A DNA stretch of 63,825 nucleotides, the filler included, from Platydemus manokwari (Eukaryota), in the NCBI GenBank assembly GCA_037951405.1. It is 6 parts of 6 records of this genome, joined end to end, with 100 filler letters (N's around TTAATTAATTAA, not from the genome) between each part and the next. Parts side by side here need not be neighbours in the genome. Positions count along the whole stretch, not along the records: positions 10,077 to 22,418 come from JBBMOY010124455.1; positions 22,519 to 32,130 come from JBBMOY011225432.1; 4 more parts are not named here. The stretch is one strand, 5' to 3'. The stretch's first letter is position 1, and the number at the start of each line of letters is the position of its first letter. Position numbers and translations under genes: made by a program. The notes under the pieces are model-generated. The model saw only the letters and a program-made list of their open reading frames with translations, did not search any database and had not been told where the DNA came from. Of the stretch, positions 10,827-24,584 are shown in pieces.

Positions 10827-13800
10827 ACAAACGATTCGGTGTCATTGCATTTTAGTTTTGAAATTTTGAACTCGGAGCATGGACATACATATGGTTTTCA
10901 TTATTTTAATAAAGGCCACGAATTAAAATCATGAACCTTCGTTTCATTGGCGATTTGAAAAGCGAACAAACACAAACGTTTAATTGTGCGAAATAAATGA
11001 AACCAGAAACCTTTACGAGTTTAAAATGGAACTGAGTGATTTACCGTTGAAAAATGAATCCGGCCATTGACGGATTTGTTGATATTGCTCATTCATATCC
11101 ATTTTTCTTCGCACATTAAAAGTCAAAATAAAACAAAAAAAACAATAATCAACGACAATCATTCGACTCAGAATGTCATTAAAAGCAATTCTGTCGATTT
11201 TGTTTTGTTGCAAAATTATCGCTACTGTTTTAACCGTATCTCAGCGGTTGGATCAATTGAATTTGTGGTTTTGATATTCTATTTTTCCATGATATTCTAC
11301 TGATAACTATTACACAACTGTCACACAAACAGAATATTGATTTGGATTTCGTGGATTTTTTCTCCAAAATTCTACTGGTAATTATCGGAATCCATGTTTT
11401 TATCGTTTAGAAATGAAGTTCAATTCTAATTTGGAATGAATGGCGAAGAAGACAACAATACGGTGAAGCACAGAACTATTTAATATTAATATTAATAAAT
11501 CAATAATTGATTAAAATAATAATAATAATTAAAATAATAATGATAATAATAATAATTGCAATAATAATACCAACTATTGTGCACTCATAGCAAGTTCATT
11601 AAAACACAGTAAAATACAGACCGATTGGTTAACGCCTACGTTTTCAGTTGTATTCTACTCAATTGTCACATTTTTTTTAACCACTACTGATATTTAGTAT
11701 ATTTTTGTCATGATTCATTGGCATGCTGCCAATTTTATTTTAATTCAACTTACTTTGTACGGAATTTCTCGATATTTAATGTCACATATTTATTGAGGTC
11801 ACAACAATAATTTTATGGGAGAAATTTGTTTTCGACTTTATTTTATTTAATAAACGATCAGGACGAGATGAATTGCAAGATTGGATGTGATGGTGAAGAA
11901 TGAGTGGTTTTTCGATTATTGAAATGAAATTTATTTTTGAAGTAGCACAAATATGGCGTTCGAAATCATATTCGTTTCCCACAATTATGGCAACAGTGTT
12001 TTCATTCATATTTATATCGAGAGAGAAAGAGACAGAGATATCGTTCGATGGGTAATCTTATTAAAATGAGCGAAATTTTGTTTCAAATATTCCACGAATA
12101 ATTAAGATGATATATGTTATTTGATTTGTGCTGGATTATTTTCAATATTTTCCTTATCTTTGACTTTATAATGGAACAAAATATTGATTGATTATATTGT
12201 CGAATTCCGACACTTCTATTTACCTCGATGATAATATAATTATAATCATTATATCATAATATTATCATATATTTACATTATTGATAATAATAGCAGAAAT
12301 AATAATTTGTTAGTGAAAGCGGTAATAATAATATAATTGTTAATAATATTTTACAGCACCAAAAAATCATAATATTAATAAACTAATGATTATAAGACTT
12401 ACGAGGGTTTCCTGATGAGGTCATTAGCCATGATTTGATGTAGTTCACCAACGGAACTGTTTCGCTATAAAAATACCTAAATCAGAAATAATACTACTGG
12501 TTATTATTATCACTGTTATTATTATTATTATCATCATTATAATACTACTAACAGTATTTATAATAATCTTCATAATAAGTATTGCAATTCGAACTTTAAC
12601 TTTAACCTTTGGACAGACAGTCATACCAAAAATGAACTGTTGTAAGAAATCATTTTTTGTGATTACTTTGCAGTAAAGGAAATTATCCAACCTGAAATAA
12701 CCCAAATAATTTGCTGTGAATCAGGATTGAAATCATCAATGAGACAAATAAATTTCGATTTTTAACCAATTGTGTTAACAAAACCCACAATACTAAATTT
12801 ATTAGTCTACTCAAATACTAATAACGTCAATCAATGACTATTGTGCTTGTACAGACATGTATTTTTTCATTCACTAGCTAACACAGAAAGTGACCTAATT
12901 ACCACAATTTTTTCACTCCCACATAATAATTAAAATCACTTCAAATATTCGATAATAACCACATATAAATAATTCTTCCATGATAAAATGCATTTGTGCC
13001 ATTCATTGTAACGATCATATACAGTGATAATACAGTGATAATATTCTTGAAATCTACAATCCAAATTATAGGATGTTGAAATCGCTCATTCGGTCACATC
13101 ACACATTAAAATAAATTGAAAATCTGATAGGTTATCAAATCCAATCGATCATGAATGTGTATGCATTGACACGAGATCATGATAATCTCTTTGGAAGTTT
13201 TCGATCTCATATCGAAGATCGATTTAAATCAAGATTAATTTCTGGAATATTTTTATGAGATATGAACTGAAATATAAAAAATCGCAGTTATCCTGGTTAA
13301 TGAGGTCAGCAAAAATGAGTTTTTGTTCTTATTTAAGAGAAAAGACCATCACAAAATCGTTAACAAGAATCATAGCAGAGAAATTGAGATGAATATACAA
13401 AATAAAAAGCAAGGATTTACTAGTATTATCGATCGATATTGTTTCAAAGAACTTCAACCCGGTTGAGTTGCAATAAATGCCTATTTTAAATTTATCCTAT
13501 CATTAAAAATCGAGATAATCGAAATATGAATACCATTTATATGATGAAGAAAATGACAGAAATATCTATGACAGAAATTCTAAAGTACCCTCATAAAACT
13601 TGTCACGAACTCATATTTTGGGATATTGCAATCATGGTTTAAGTACTTGGGTTTTATAGGAATGGTACAAAGGATAGTCTAAACTTAATTATCCAGAAAT
13701 GCGTCATCACTAGTTTAAACTACCCGCAATATTAGTTTTTCATCAAGTATTTCATAAAAAATTACCAACGAAAGTCTAAATAATTATTCTCAACATCTAA

Positions 13801-13879
13801 TTTATTATCCAATCTGCCATTTCTCAAGATGGCTGTGCCGAAAATAAATGTCTTTATTGATTCAATAAACTGTCACCGC

Positions 13880-14375
13880 TGCGAGGATTTAAAAATTGAA
13901 ATTTAGAAATCTTTTGTAAATTAATACTAATTTTGTTTAAATAATTGTTTTTAAATTGACAATTAGTTGTCGCGACTTGACACCATTGTGAAGGTTTAAA
14001 AATTTGGATTCAATTCTGAGAATTTCTATGACATGGAAGTATAAAATAGGTGAAGATAATTAAAAGATGTTTAGAAGATAAACAGAAAACAAAGAAGATT
14101 CGACGAAGATTTAAAGAAGAAAGAGGAAATCGAAACTTTTGTTTTGGTAAAGATGTGGGAAATTTGATACAGAAATATTTAGGAATACATAGAAGATCAA
14201 AAATTTTAAAGAAAGGGGGATGTGGGGATTTCACAATTTAAATTTCAAAATACTTTGTAAATTAATATCAAAAGATATTGATTTATTTAAATAAATGATT
14301 TTTAATAAATGATTTGACGTCCTGACTTTTCAGTTAATTTTCAATGCTGCCCATATAAAATAGTAGCTGCTTACA
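13880..14375 (+). mobile_element. TRIM-like element, copy 2 (truncated 5' LTR 13880-about 13978; 3' LTR 14221-14375)
   Basis: PPT AGAAAGGGGGA directly before TGTGGGGATTT...TAGTAGCTGCTTACA. Purine-rich interior. The LTR start recurs at 13880. Confidence 0.65.
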
Positions 14376-15294
14376 ACGTCTATTTGGTTTTTGTTTTTCG
14401 TGCAGTGTTTAGTTTCTGAAATATCATTTACAGGGATTATTGTCAGCTCGAAATATTCAAAGATTCTCAAGTCTCAAAGAAAAAATACTGAAAATTTTCA
14501 AACTTATTTTAAACATTCGTGCAGGAGAGATAACTGTTTTGGAAAACCGTAAAAATATGTTTGATGATTATCGGATAATTCTTAAATTTCTTTCAAAACA
14601 ACTCAAACACTCAACTTAATGTATCACAAAGTTTAGATTTGCAGCCGCTGTTGATCGATCTTTGAATAAATTAATCCTCAGTTAAAATCGAAAACGTTTT
14701 AAAAGGTTTATAACAGATTCCGAATGTTTTAACTCGACTATTTTAAATGAAAGCTTGCCATTTCCTATAAGTAATTCTGAAATAAAGATCAATGCACATG
14801 AGAAGATATCGGGCAAAGTTACTACAAAGTTGATGAAGATCTGCTGATTGATAGTCCAATTTTGTAGTTACTTCCGCTCATTATTATTGGATATGATTTC
14901 GAAACCTACTAACCCCTGGGCTGATAGCTCATCTTTATCGAATACACTTCGACTTCAAGGCACATGACGTAATTGTTATTTATTCCATATCAGTATATCT
15001 CTTAGTAGGTACAATACTATCGATATGATGGGATTAATATTAGAATGTTTATTTGACAGTCATCATATGAATCTTTTTACGTAACAATACTGGTGTTACG
15101 TAATACCAATTGCACTACGATTACTCAATATTATAATTAATTCGATGAATTAACCTAACTCGATTAAATCAATTAAGTTTACAAAATAAATAATTAAACA
15201 ACAAGATTTTAATAAAAGTTTATTTCAATAAATATTATTTAATAATACGTCTCCTACAAAAGCAACGAATGAAGTATTAAAATCCTAATTATCG

Positions 15295-15822
15295 CCTCAG
15301 ATCTTTCGCTCAAAATCTCATAGTATAAACCACTCGTATTGGTACGCTTCCCCGACCGTAAAGTAAGTATTCTACAAAAGATTTAATGCTAAAGCGTAAA
15401 TCATAAAATACGATTCAAATATCCACATTATTTTCATAACATAGTTCGAGTTCAAATGTGTGTCTAAGCTACATCCATTAACAAATTTCTGAATAACAAA
15501 GTTGCCCTATTATGAGGTTGGCACAATTTACCAATGCATGTAGCCGACATTCAGACTTAGAACCGTTCAGTCTAAATCTATCGAATAGGAGTTTCGTTCA
15601 AGTACATTTACCATTGATCCGAATCTGTGGTTATTCTCATACTGAACAGAATTACTGTTGCAGTAACAATTATATGATAGGGTTAAACTAATCTGTCTCA
15701 CGATGACTGAACAATCCAACGCTTTGAGAATTCTGCTTCGCAATCATAGGAAGAGCCGACATCGAAGAATTTAAAAGTCCTGTCGATATGAATACTTGGT
15801 GGCAAGTAGTCAGTTATCTTGT
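15295..15822 (-). pseudogene. Decayed 3'-terminal fragment of 28S (LSU) rRNA
   Basis: Reverse complement of conserved LSU motifs: GAACAATCCAACGCTT, GAATTCTGCTTC, TAGGAAGAGCCGACATCGAAG, AAACTAATCTGTCTCACGA. The sarcin-ricin loop is mutated and about 30 nt are deleted between CTCACGA and GAACAATCC. Confidence 0.9.
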
Positions 15823-17879
15823 AAGTAAATGCAAATTATAACAAAAGAAACAAAAAATCAACCAATGAAAACCATTTCGCTTACGCAATCAGCGTAAAAT
15901 CGATGATTTAGTGCTCACAAAAATTTTTTCAAAAAATTTTTTTTGAATTTGATTCAGTATTGAAAAACCTTTTTTTGAAGAATTAATCAGAATAATCTAT
16001 TGTAAATTTTGTTCAAAAAATATCTTCCGTGATATTGCTTTTCATGTGGCGCTGTCAGGATTAAATTGATTCACTCTAAGAATGACTGTCACCTTTTTGA
16101 AAGAAAAAAGTTATTTTTGAAAGAGGTCAGATGGAGAATAGTGATATTTATCAAATATAAATTCCTTAAATTTAACCCATGAATATATATGGCTAATATT
16201 ATATTCAATAATACATTCTGAGTCTGATAAAACCGTATATTAATAAATCGATTTTTTCTTATAAGTTTATGAAATACATCTCCCAATAATGTCAAGAATC
16301 ATGAAAATGTTCTATTTTGTATTAAACACATTTTCGGGTGGACTTTTAGCACTGAATTTCGCTAAAAAAAGTGATAAGTACTCTTTCGATTCCACATATC
16401 ATAAGAGGTTTATTGATGAAATATCTTTAGGTATTTGTTAATGAGAGCTTAGGCGTTCTTCACTTGATTGTTGAAGATCACACCCACCAAGGATATAATT
16501 TCTGAGTTTCATCTAATTCAACTGACATTCGTTTCCAACAAGTTTGTTTCTTGACATGTTTTAAAGATCGCTTTAAAAGAATCTTTTATATATTTAACAA
16601 TTTATAACAAACATTGACTCCATACCAATACATGAATTTTTCTGCATTCGACTTTGAAGTTAAACTAATACCGACTTAAACAAAAGAATCTGTTCACGAT
16701 TTTGTGATATTCGATTTATTTATTCGATTTATTTCGCAAAAATTACTACGATAAATTATTCTAATACCGTGGTGTTGGTAAAATCAAAAACCGATATATA
16801 ATCACACAGATCAATAAATCCGGTTCCATATATTACATATATACCCACTTTTTGGGAATTGTTTTTTTTTTTAAAAAAACTATGGCTTTTCATCAATGAT
16901 AAATGAATAATGCTCTACAATCAAGTACTGTGTCGGCAAATTCCTCTCACTGTATTTTCCAATAAGTGTTTAATCACTACAATGTTGTCTTGAAATCTCA
17001 TAATTTCATTTAACCTTGCAAATCGATTATTTTTATTGACAATAATAACAATGTTTACAACAGAATTTTCCAAATTCTACTTGAAAAAATACTCCATGGA
17101 CAATAATGATACACACAACATCGACTATTGAAACAATTGTCATGAAACAATAAAGGAAATTAAGGAAGGAAATCCTTCTAATAATTCTCTAACCAAGTTT
17201 AATTATTGTTTTAATAAATTGGATAAGGAGAACAGTTGTTTCAATAAGTGGTTAAAAAAGCTAAAAAGTAGTAAACGCAAAACAGCACAATATGAGCAGA
17301 AGGGCTCAAAGTTCTTGGCTAATTTCGGAGGAGATAATTTCGATGTAGCTGGAATAATGAATATAATCATGGGATTGAAAATATAATTCATCTGAATCTT
17401 GTTTATATCATTTCCATTGTATATCATCGTAACCCAACATCAAATCATCATTCACCAAATATTGATAGCAATTTATTTAAATTAATCTCCATAAAAAAGT
17501 TTAATTTTTAATTTCATAAGTTTAATATTGCTTTTATCCCGTAAATTTTGTTTTTTTGTTTGTTGATACTGGATCGATTGTTCCTTTCCGCTTAAAAAAT
17601 AGTCAAGTATAAAATAAATTGATCACTCTAGTTTTATTGATTGTAACGTTGTTAACAATACACAACAATCGTGATTGATAAGTTGATATAAGATATCAAA
17701 TTCCTGTACTTCATTTTAAACCCATTTTCATCAGTTTTTAACTTGAAAAAACCGACAAATAGACGATATCGAACAAATTACTAAAAGCTGTAATCTATAC
17801 TTCGATATTTGTAAAACTACTAAATCAATAAGGGGTTTGGGTGTAATCACCCTATTTAATCAGAGCACAATCACTCAGA

Positions 17880-19240
17880 CGAGATTAAGAAACATGATTA
17901 AAGACTGCGAAGGACCTTTGGCTAAAAAATATCATTGACTAAAGATTGGTTGAGAGCCCTTCAATATTATAGGGAATAGGAATCTACCGAAGTGTCCTAT
18001 GAGAAGATAGAACAGATGCCGAACGATATTAAGTCGCATAAGGTGACCAAAGAAGATCTTTTCGCATTCCTAAAGGTTCGTTGTTCAGAGGATGCGAAGT
18101 TGGAGAAAGAAATAAAGATATAAGACATCGTCGAATTATTGAAAATTAAAATGGTAATTAAAAAGCTGGATGAAGTTCGGGAACTGAAAAATGTGAATGA
18201 TGCTGCGTCTGATGAATGGATAAAAAGATGAAAAAACCTATCATAAGTCAAAGAAGCAGGTAAGGCAAATAGAGACAAGGATGTACTACAGATTCACCAA
18301 ACCATTTCACATATCACGAAACTGTAATATCCCGAAGGTTGTAACAAGTTATACGTGTGATGAAAGGGGCAACATGGCCAGAAATCACCCAAAGTTAATA
18401 AGGTGCATTAGATGGCATTATCGAAGACATTTCGAAAAGAAAATTAAACCATTTTGGAAAAACTTAGTTGCAACAACAAGAACACATCTATTGGAGATAA
18501 GTCAAAAGTGTGGGAACTTATACTGACAATGAGTGAAACTCCAAAGTACCATTCGACGTTGTTGTGAAGACACCAAATTACAGGAATTGAGGACGAGATG
18601 TAACAGTACAAGAAACCGTCAAATTAAAGAATGAAAACTGCGTGGAGTACCCAAATGTCAAATCCCTGACATCAGGATAGTGGGTCGGAGCAATGCACTA
18701 AACAATGATGTGGATCATGTCCATGATACCGTTAATATAAATAGTCGTATTAATATTTATAATGTGTGTAATGCGAATAATAATAAAGCAATTAATAAAG
18801 ATAAGTCAAATAACATAAATAATGTACATAGTAAGAAAACAATAAAATTACAGAAAGATTAAGAGTGACTCTACAGACATAAATGAAAGAACTCAATCGA
18901 AAATTATAAAGTTTATAATTAAAAAGAACTCATACATTTGCAAAGGAGTAAGAAAATAAGAAAAAATGATATTAATATTGAAAAAATTAGAAACTTCAAA
19001 GATTTTGTTTGATAGAATACAAGGACGATCAAGCACAATTATAGGAATTCCAAATAAAGAATTTGAATGTTTACTAGATACAGGGGCAAGAATAAATGTT
19101 ATTAACAAAAGATATTAAAATTACTGGAACACTTCGATATAGAATATACTGAGGAAAGTTTACGTTGCGCAAATGATGGTAAACTGGAGGTAATTTGTAA
19201 AGTAAAGATGAAAATCGAAGCTGGAATCCAAACAAACAAT
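17880..19240 (+). mobile_element. Degenerate Ty3/gypsy-like gag-protease relic
   Basis: Eroded zinc knuckle SYTCDERGNMARNHP (about 18350) and aspartic protease motif EFECLLDTGARINVI (about 19060-19105). Many stops and frameshifts. Confidence 0.7.
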
Positions 19241-22200
19241 TATTTAAAATTCGATATGGGATGTATTTATAGATATATTTATATTTATATTCTCCATTAA
19301 GACTGGCAATAAAAGAAGCTCTCTGGAAGAGTTACATTTGTTTAAAAATGTATGGTTTGTTTTGAATATTAAAATTTAGAAAAATCTTCTAAATGAATAC
19401 TTCTAACGAATCTAAAAATTTAAACGAGGTAGCTACTACTAACCCTTTGTACATGGTGAATCTACCGAATATACTAATAATCGATTTTTTGGTTCCATAT
19501 TATTTTACTGGTTGATTTAGTTATCTCGGCTCCGAAATCATTTTATATAAGTTATTTATTAAATAGATTTGCAATTAATCATCCATGAATGGTTTTTGAA
19601 GTGATATTTATAGCATATGATAACCTTATTAACATTTGTTATCATTTATCTCAAGGTGATGAAAATAGGTTGTTGTTTTGTTAACATTGTAAACCAACAC
19701 TTTGATAACAATCATTGTGATAGTGAGATAATATTGAGTGTATTATTAATAATATTAAAAATATTAAAGAAATAATAATAATAATTTTGTCAATATTTTT
19801 TATAATCGTATAATTTCTCTTTGGCCACATTTTCTGCCTAGCTAAATGTCTTTAGTGTTAAAATTTCGACGCATTTGTGGAATATATTTGAACCTCGAAT
19901 TTCAATGTTAAATTTTTATCTCGTTCCAGTAATTGATTCAAATTAAAGAAGAAGATTTTTATCTTGATTGAGTCTCTGAATGAAGTAACGACACTAATAA
20001 AATAGATCAATCAAACTAAAGACGTTTACATATATTCAAGCAAATCTATAGTTTAGTGAAGGATATAACGGTGTCGAGGATTGTGTGGTGTTTTATAGAA
20101 AACACAAAAAGCTTAATTATTTACTTATATTTATCATTAAAATCAACTCCAATTTGATCAATGAAGTTGTTATAATCTTCGATTAATTGTGCTGAGCATT
20201 CGAAGTCATTATTGTTGTCCAATATAGATGTCAAACAAATGAATATGGTCAGTTAATATATCTCAGTTCCGAAAAATAGTGATGTTATACGAAATATAAT
20301 CTATAGTAGTTGCTGGATTTTCGTTGAAGGTGATATAAAATCAATATTGATATGAAGACAGGATTTTATTGTCTAATATTTTTGAATCGGTCAGTGGAAA
20401 TATACTTTTATTCAAGGTCAATTCTGTTAATGATACTTTGAATTTCAATTCCCGAGAAATATATGTTTCCATGAATGTATCTTTCAACAACCAAAGCTAA
20501 AGGCTTGAACGAAAATTTTTTGTTTAAATTGTCATGGATTTATTCAATCGTTAAAATAAATATCTATCCCATGATTTTTACATCACTTTGCAGGGAGACT
20601 TATTTTCCTAGAATCATCAGAACTCAACTTTTTATATATTTTAATTTGGTTGTGGAACTCATTCGAATGGTGAGTTGTCGTATTATCGAATAATGCTTTA
20701 TTGATTCCACTCTATATAGCAATTCTACTATTTCATGGTAGTTTTATGCTTCACGTACTTCAGTGTGATAAATCATTACACTTGTTTTTTTTCACACCTT
20801 TCATAATTTTCTAAATAATGTCGTTGTGTTTCATCGACAAGAAAGTTTAGAGTTTGTCTCTCATTAAGGTCAGACAATCATTGTGAACCTGGCAAGTGAG
20901 ATTTACCTTTTCAGGTAAACATGGATATTCTCTTTGTATTTTTATTGAGACCAAAGTCAATACAGTTAACTGAAGATATTTAACTGTAATGTATTATATA
21001 GGTTTGTACTACTATAACCTTGAATATATTGAATTGAAGATAAATGGACTTACGGCACTTTTGAAAATAGTGGCTCCTTTGTTATTATTGTCGCTGTCGA
21101 AATTGGTAAACATCTTTATTATCTTTTATTATGATATATTGTCTCGTGTATTTGAGATGGAATTAAACAAAGAATAAAAATTAATATAAATAATTATTCC
21201 TCGATCAATTGAAACAATCAATAAACAAAAAGTCCATTCAAAAAATGGTGCAAACAAATCGGTTTATGACATCTATCATCAATACATTTGACTGGAAATA
21301 TCGATTCGGACGACAGATCAGTATTATTATTGTATGGACAGGTTTATTATTGTATGGACACCGATCAGATATAATAAAGCATTCCCAATAAAATTTTCTT
21401 CCAAATCAAGTTTGGAATTTGTGTTCATTAGAAATTATCTGATTTTTTTGAAATTACAATTCATTGCGATTCTGGTCCATTTTTCATCTCTAAAGTAGAA
21501 TTCATCAAATAGGCCGCCATGTAAATATTCAAACTGAAAGAAGCGAACGATTTATTAACAGTTATTTCGAAATAAAATTACAATATCATTCAAGGAATTA
21601 AATTTTCTGGTCTATTAAATCAATACGATGACAACTCACACACTCACGGTTGCCTTCAATTCATTTTCCGAATCGAAAAAAGAATGGTATCTGAAATGAT
21701 TTGGAATTTTCTCATTCAACCATTTTTTGGATTATTTGTTTATGAATCCACAGTTGATAACAGTCGACTCAATTATTCAACAAAGTCACCGAAAAAATCA
21801 ATTTGAAAATATTATTTTTGCACTTGAAAATTAAATTTGAAATGGAAAAATAATAATTTGAACTATTCAATTTAGTGATAGAATTATTTATCATTTCAGA
21901 ACTAATGGAGGTTTAAAGAAATATCTCTTTATAATGATGATAATAATAGTAATAATAATGATAATACAAGTGATAATATTTTTGTAACTGTTGTTCCCAT
22001 AATATTGAAAATAATTGCTATTATGATTGTTATGATGGTTTGCCTTACGAATCTCAATAGATAATCGATCGATAGATCGGTTTTGTACTCCTTTCTAGCT
22101 ATCAATATTGCAAAGCATAACGAATCGATTATTGAAAAATTCATTGACTTAATCACTTAGGGTTACTTGATCGGTTTTTATTTTTTGTGTTTTTGGATTT

Positions 22201-23921
22201 CAGCTTATATTTAATAATAATAATAATTCACGACAAAGATTATTATAAAAATAGATAAATCATTTCGATGATGTACTTGAATCGTATCGTTTAATAGCAC
22301 ATCAGGTGATGGAATCTGTTTTTCTAAAAGTGTCGCACATTAAGTAACTCGATGGTTACAATAAAATCTTTGAGTATAATAACTGATTTATTGGTTGTGA
22401 TTAATCTCGCACATTTGCNNNNNNNNNNNNNNNNNNNNNNNNNNNNNNNNNNNNNNNNNNNNTTAATTAATTAANNNNNNNNNNNNNNNNNNNNNNNNNN
22501 NNNNNNNNNNNNNNNNNNAAATCATCAGCAATATCCTTTAAATCAAAATTAGTTGTTTTATTAATTCCATATTTAGCTAGAAAATTTATTAAATCGAAAT
22601 TTATCAAGTTCATTTTTGATGAAGGTAATTCGTATTATAATTTTAGTATCTTAATTCGACAACATCCTACTGTTTTATATATTTAAGTTGCTAAATTGCG
22701 CTGTGCCATTTTAATACTAAAAATTACTAAGCTACTAAAAATTAGATTTAGAGTTAAATTTCTTGCAACCTTGAGTATTTTATAGATAATCTTGTGGTCT
22801 TTTAACAAAATATTGAGCAAAAAGAATTTGTTACGTCAAAATATATAATAAATTTATAGCAAATTATAACATATTTTAAATTATTAAATTATTTGTATTA
22901 TATATAAAGGTTACAAAAAATATCTATAGACAAGTATCTCAAACCGCGATGACAAAAAATTCATGTTCTTAGGTTAGATCGACTTAATAAGTTTATAGAC
23001 AAAAATACTTCCAAATGCAATGCAATGCCCTAATATTTCAACTTTATGATCAGTACCAATAGTGTTTCCACAGGTTTTAATCTTAAGAGATCTTATCAAG
23101 GTTTCATCTCCAACCAGATTTTATTTAAAACTATCAGTAATATTATATTACTGATATAATAATATTCATGAGTTTCGTATGATTTATTCTATTATTTATT
23201 AATTTGTTTTTGATATTTATAAACGAATAACTGATTTATCGAAATTCTTCAAGATTTTATGACTCTGGTCCTACCTAGCAAGATAACTTTGCAATTCTAT
23301 TCTCCTGAATGATTTATGTCAAGATTTTAGTCTTTGAAACCCAATAACTCAGAGCAGGTGATTTGAATTTTTGTTTTACTGACATTTGGTTGCTACATTT
23401 GATTCACAAAGTTGGTTACTGGTTTTACATTTTAATACTCATCTAGTTGATCTAATGCTAATGATAATCTTAACTATTAAAGCTCGAAATATATACATAT
23501 ACAGGGTGTTCAGAAAGTTTTGCCCGATTTTATAAGATAAACGAATGTAAGTTTTCAATGAATTTTATTGCATGGTGAGAATAACAAGCACAATTATATC
23601 TATGAATTGGTTTATTCTATTTGGTTCATTTTATTAATAAATGCTAAGTAGTGGTACTTATGGAACAATGAAATAATATTTGTATTTAGTATTTTCTATT
23701 TAATTTTTTTAATAATTAATTAATATTACTAGTATGATTATTATGTTGGAATATCCTAAATTATAATTAAGAAACGAATTTGTTTAATTTAATAAATTGA
23801 CAAGAAAATTTTGTGTCGTTTGTTTTAAAACTATTGTTTTGTTTATCGTGTTTCTAGGGTGCTTAATTGAAACTTCAACAAGTCATTGCGTTAAAATACT
23901 TATAATATATTTTTATTTTAG

Positions 23922-24584
23922 GCTAGTTTAAAAAAAGGAACTACTGGTGGCATAACCCAGAAAAAGAAAGGAGGCTCTGGTGATAGGCCAGAATTAACTG
24001 ATGAACAGAAGCAAGAAGTCAGAGAAGCTTTTGATTTATTTGATGCTGATGGTTCTGGAACCATTGATATAAAAGAGCTTAAAGTTGCTATGCGTGCTTT
24101 GGGCTTTGAGCCAAAAAAGGAAGAGGTTCGGAAATTGATTTCTGATTATGACATTGAAGGAAAAGGTAATCAATTTATAATATACTTACAAAGTCCTATT
24201 TAATTATTTTAATATGTTAACTAGTAAAATTTTGATTTATAAATTAGAGAATATGTTTTTGAAACTTATTATTTAAATTTTAAATCAAAATATAATAATT
24301 CCAATTTAGGTACCATTGAATTCAGTGATTTTCTTAGCATGATGACTCAGAAGATGGCAGATAAAGATACAAAAGAAGAGATTTTAAAAGCTTTTAAACT
24401 ATTTGACGATGATGAAACAGGAAAAATATCGTTTAAAAATTTGAAAAGAGTAGCAAAAGAATTAGGTGAAAATTTAACCGATGAAGAATTACAAGAAATG
24501 ATCGATGAAGCAGATCGAGATAATGATGGTGAAATTAATGAACAAGAATTTTTACGAATTATGAAAAAGACTAATTTGTACTAA
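23922..24584 (+). CDS. CETN2: Centrin (CETN1/2 type); exons 23922-24165 and 24310-24584, plus an upstream ATG-only exon (candidate ATG|GTGAGA at 23572-23574)
   Basis: [46 protein letters not shown]...[31 protein letters not shown]...IMKKTNLY. Four EF-hands; phase-1 intron 24166-24309. Confidence 0.95.

Noticed and set aside
12412-12440. CTGATGAG followed by a GTCAT/ATGAT stem as a third hammerhead (also CTGATGAG at about 41687)
   Set aside because: No GAAA after stem II, and no stem I or III.
23500-23545. TA-CAGGGTGTTCAGAAAG mariner-like terminus
   Set aside because: No partner TIR found, so it cannot be delimited as an element.
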